This document shows, in pieces, positions 30,966 through 32,000 of a stretch of 32,000 nucleotides of DNA. The notes under the pieces were generated by a model. The model saw nothing but the letters and a program-made list of their open reading frames with translations, did not search any database and was not told the DNA's origin. This stretch comes from Microcystis aeruginosa NIES-843. Lineage in GTDB: Bacteria > Cyanobacteriota > Cyanobacteriia > Cyanobacteriales > Microcystaceae. A program made the translations under genes and the position numbers. How positions within the stretch are numbered: position 1 is the first letter of the stretch; every line of letters starts with the position of its first letter. The stretch spans positions 3,450,001-3,482,000 of the forward strand of contig NC_010296.1 of assembly GCF_000010625.1 (NCBI RefSeq), given 5' to 3'.

Positions 30966-32000
30966 ATGGATAGCAACCGATTAATCGAAGAATTAAAAAA
31001 TCCCGACTTTTATCCTCATTCTGTCAAAATTCCCGTTGAAATTATCCAAACCCATGCTTCCATTATCTTCTTGACGGGAGATTATGCCTATAAAGTCAAG
31101 AAACCAGTTAATTATAATTTTTTAGATTTCTCCACTTTAGAAAAGAGAAAGTATTATCTAGAACAGGAACTAGAGTTAAATAAAAGAGTTGCTGCGAATA
31201 TCTATCTGGAAGTTTTGTCAATTAATGAGGAACGGGGTAGCATAAGTTTAAATGGAGAAGGGAAAGCGATCGAATACATTTTAAAAATGAATCAGTTTCC
31301 CCAAGAATGTTTACTGAGTAAAGTTTTTGAACGGGGAGAACTAACGGAAAAAGCTATAAAATATTTGGCTGAAAAAGTGGCAGGATTTCATCGACAAGCT
31401 GTGACTAATTCCTATATTACTCAATTTGGCAATTTAGAAGTTATTAAACAAGCTTTTGATGAAAACTACCAACAAACCGAGAAATATATTAATTTTGTCC
31501 AAACCCAAAAACAATACGATGAAACGAAAGCTTACACAGATAAATTCTTCGCAGAACACGGAGATTGGTTAGAAGAAAGACAAATAAAAGGGATGATTCG
31601 CGAATGTCACGGAGACTTACATTTAAATAATATCTGTCAGTGGCAGGGAGAAATACAATTATTTGATCGCATAGAATTTAATGAATCTTTTCGCTTCGTT
31701 GATGTCATGTATGATATTGCTTTTACAGCCATGGATTTAACCGCTAGGGGGAGAGGAGATTTCGCTAATTTATTTGTCAATACTTATTTAGAACAAACCG
31801 CTGACTGGGAGGGTTTAAAAGTCTTGCCTCTCTACCTGACTAGACAAGCGTATGTGAGGGCAAAAGTCAATAGTTTTCTGCTTGATGGTGACACTTTTTC
31901 TGAGAAAATTAAAGCCAATGCACAGGATTATTATCAATTAGCTTGGCAGTACACACAACCGCAGAAACCGAGATTAATTCTGATGTCGGGATTTTCTGCA
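30966..32000 (+). CDS. Aminoglycoside-phosphotransferase-like kinase domain protein, N-terminal 345 aa (3' end outside the window; the family usually continues into a P-loop kinase domain)
   Basis: Open frame from ATG 30966 to the window edge; not in the ORF track because it has no stop. Motifs IIQTHASIIFLTGDYAYKVKKPV and CHGDLHLNNI (kinase catalytic loop). Ends at ...PRLILMSGFSA, just before the expected P-loop. Confidence 0.75.
   Translation, partial: MDSNRLIEELKNPDFYPHSVKIPVEIIQTHASIIFLTGDYAYKVKKPVNYNFLDFSTLEKRKYYLEQELELNKRVAANIYLEVLSINEERGSISLNGEGKAIEYILKMNQFPQECLLSKVFERGELTEKAIKYLAEKVAGFHRQAVTNSYITQFGNLEVIKQAFDENYQQTEKYINFVQTQKQYDETKAYTDKFFAEHGDWLEERQIKGMIRECHGDLHLNNICQWQGEIQLFDRIEFNESFRFVDVMYDIAFTAMDLTARGRGDFANLFVNTYLEQTADWEGLKVLPLYLTRQAYVRAKVNSFLLDGDTFSEKIKANAQDYYQLAWQYTQPQKPRLILMSGFSA

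Overview
The window looks like cyanobacterial chromosome. I found 11 exact HIP1 GCGATCGC palindromes by eye, and the very high MITE/IS load is reminiscent of Microcystis; that taxonomic call is inference only. Housekeeping genes are nifJ 3' end, a DHOD-like gene, pfkA, a pstS-like gene, queF, an M20 amidohydrolase, a MEKHLA gene, pyrF, prmC, a Tic22-like gene, mtnA, prk, a NarL-type response regulator and an FHA-GGDEF-EAL protein. They are interleaved with AT-rich, HIP1-free accessory DNA. That DNA holds four transposase-bearing elements (IS701-like, IS630, IS5/Harbinger-like, TnpB-only IS605-type), at least four MITE families with visible target duplications, heptanucleotide repeat tracts, decayed toxin-antitoxin cassettes and gene remnants. 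The most interesting locus is a minus-strand three-gene operon at 6774-11939. It encodes (1) a small helical protein with a hydrophobic N-terminus, (2) a tail-anchored coiled-coil protein built from 33-bp tandem repeats, and (3) a 962-aa STAND P-loop NTPase with one TM helix and 8 near-identical WD40 repeats. The C-terminal ~35 aa of protein 1 and the N-terminal ~35 aa of the NTPase carry the same Gly/Asp-rich motif. That layout matches NLR-associated amyloid signalling pairs (fungal HET-S/NWD2, bacterial Bell/BASS). Gene 1 is split by an IS701-family insertion with a 4-bp duplication, and removing the IS restores a 140-aa reading frame. All homology calls come from motif recognition by eye; no database search was possible.
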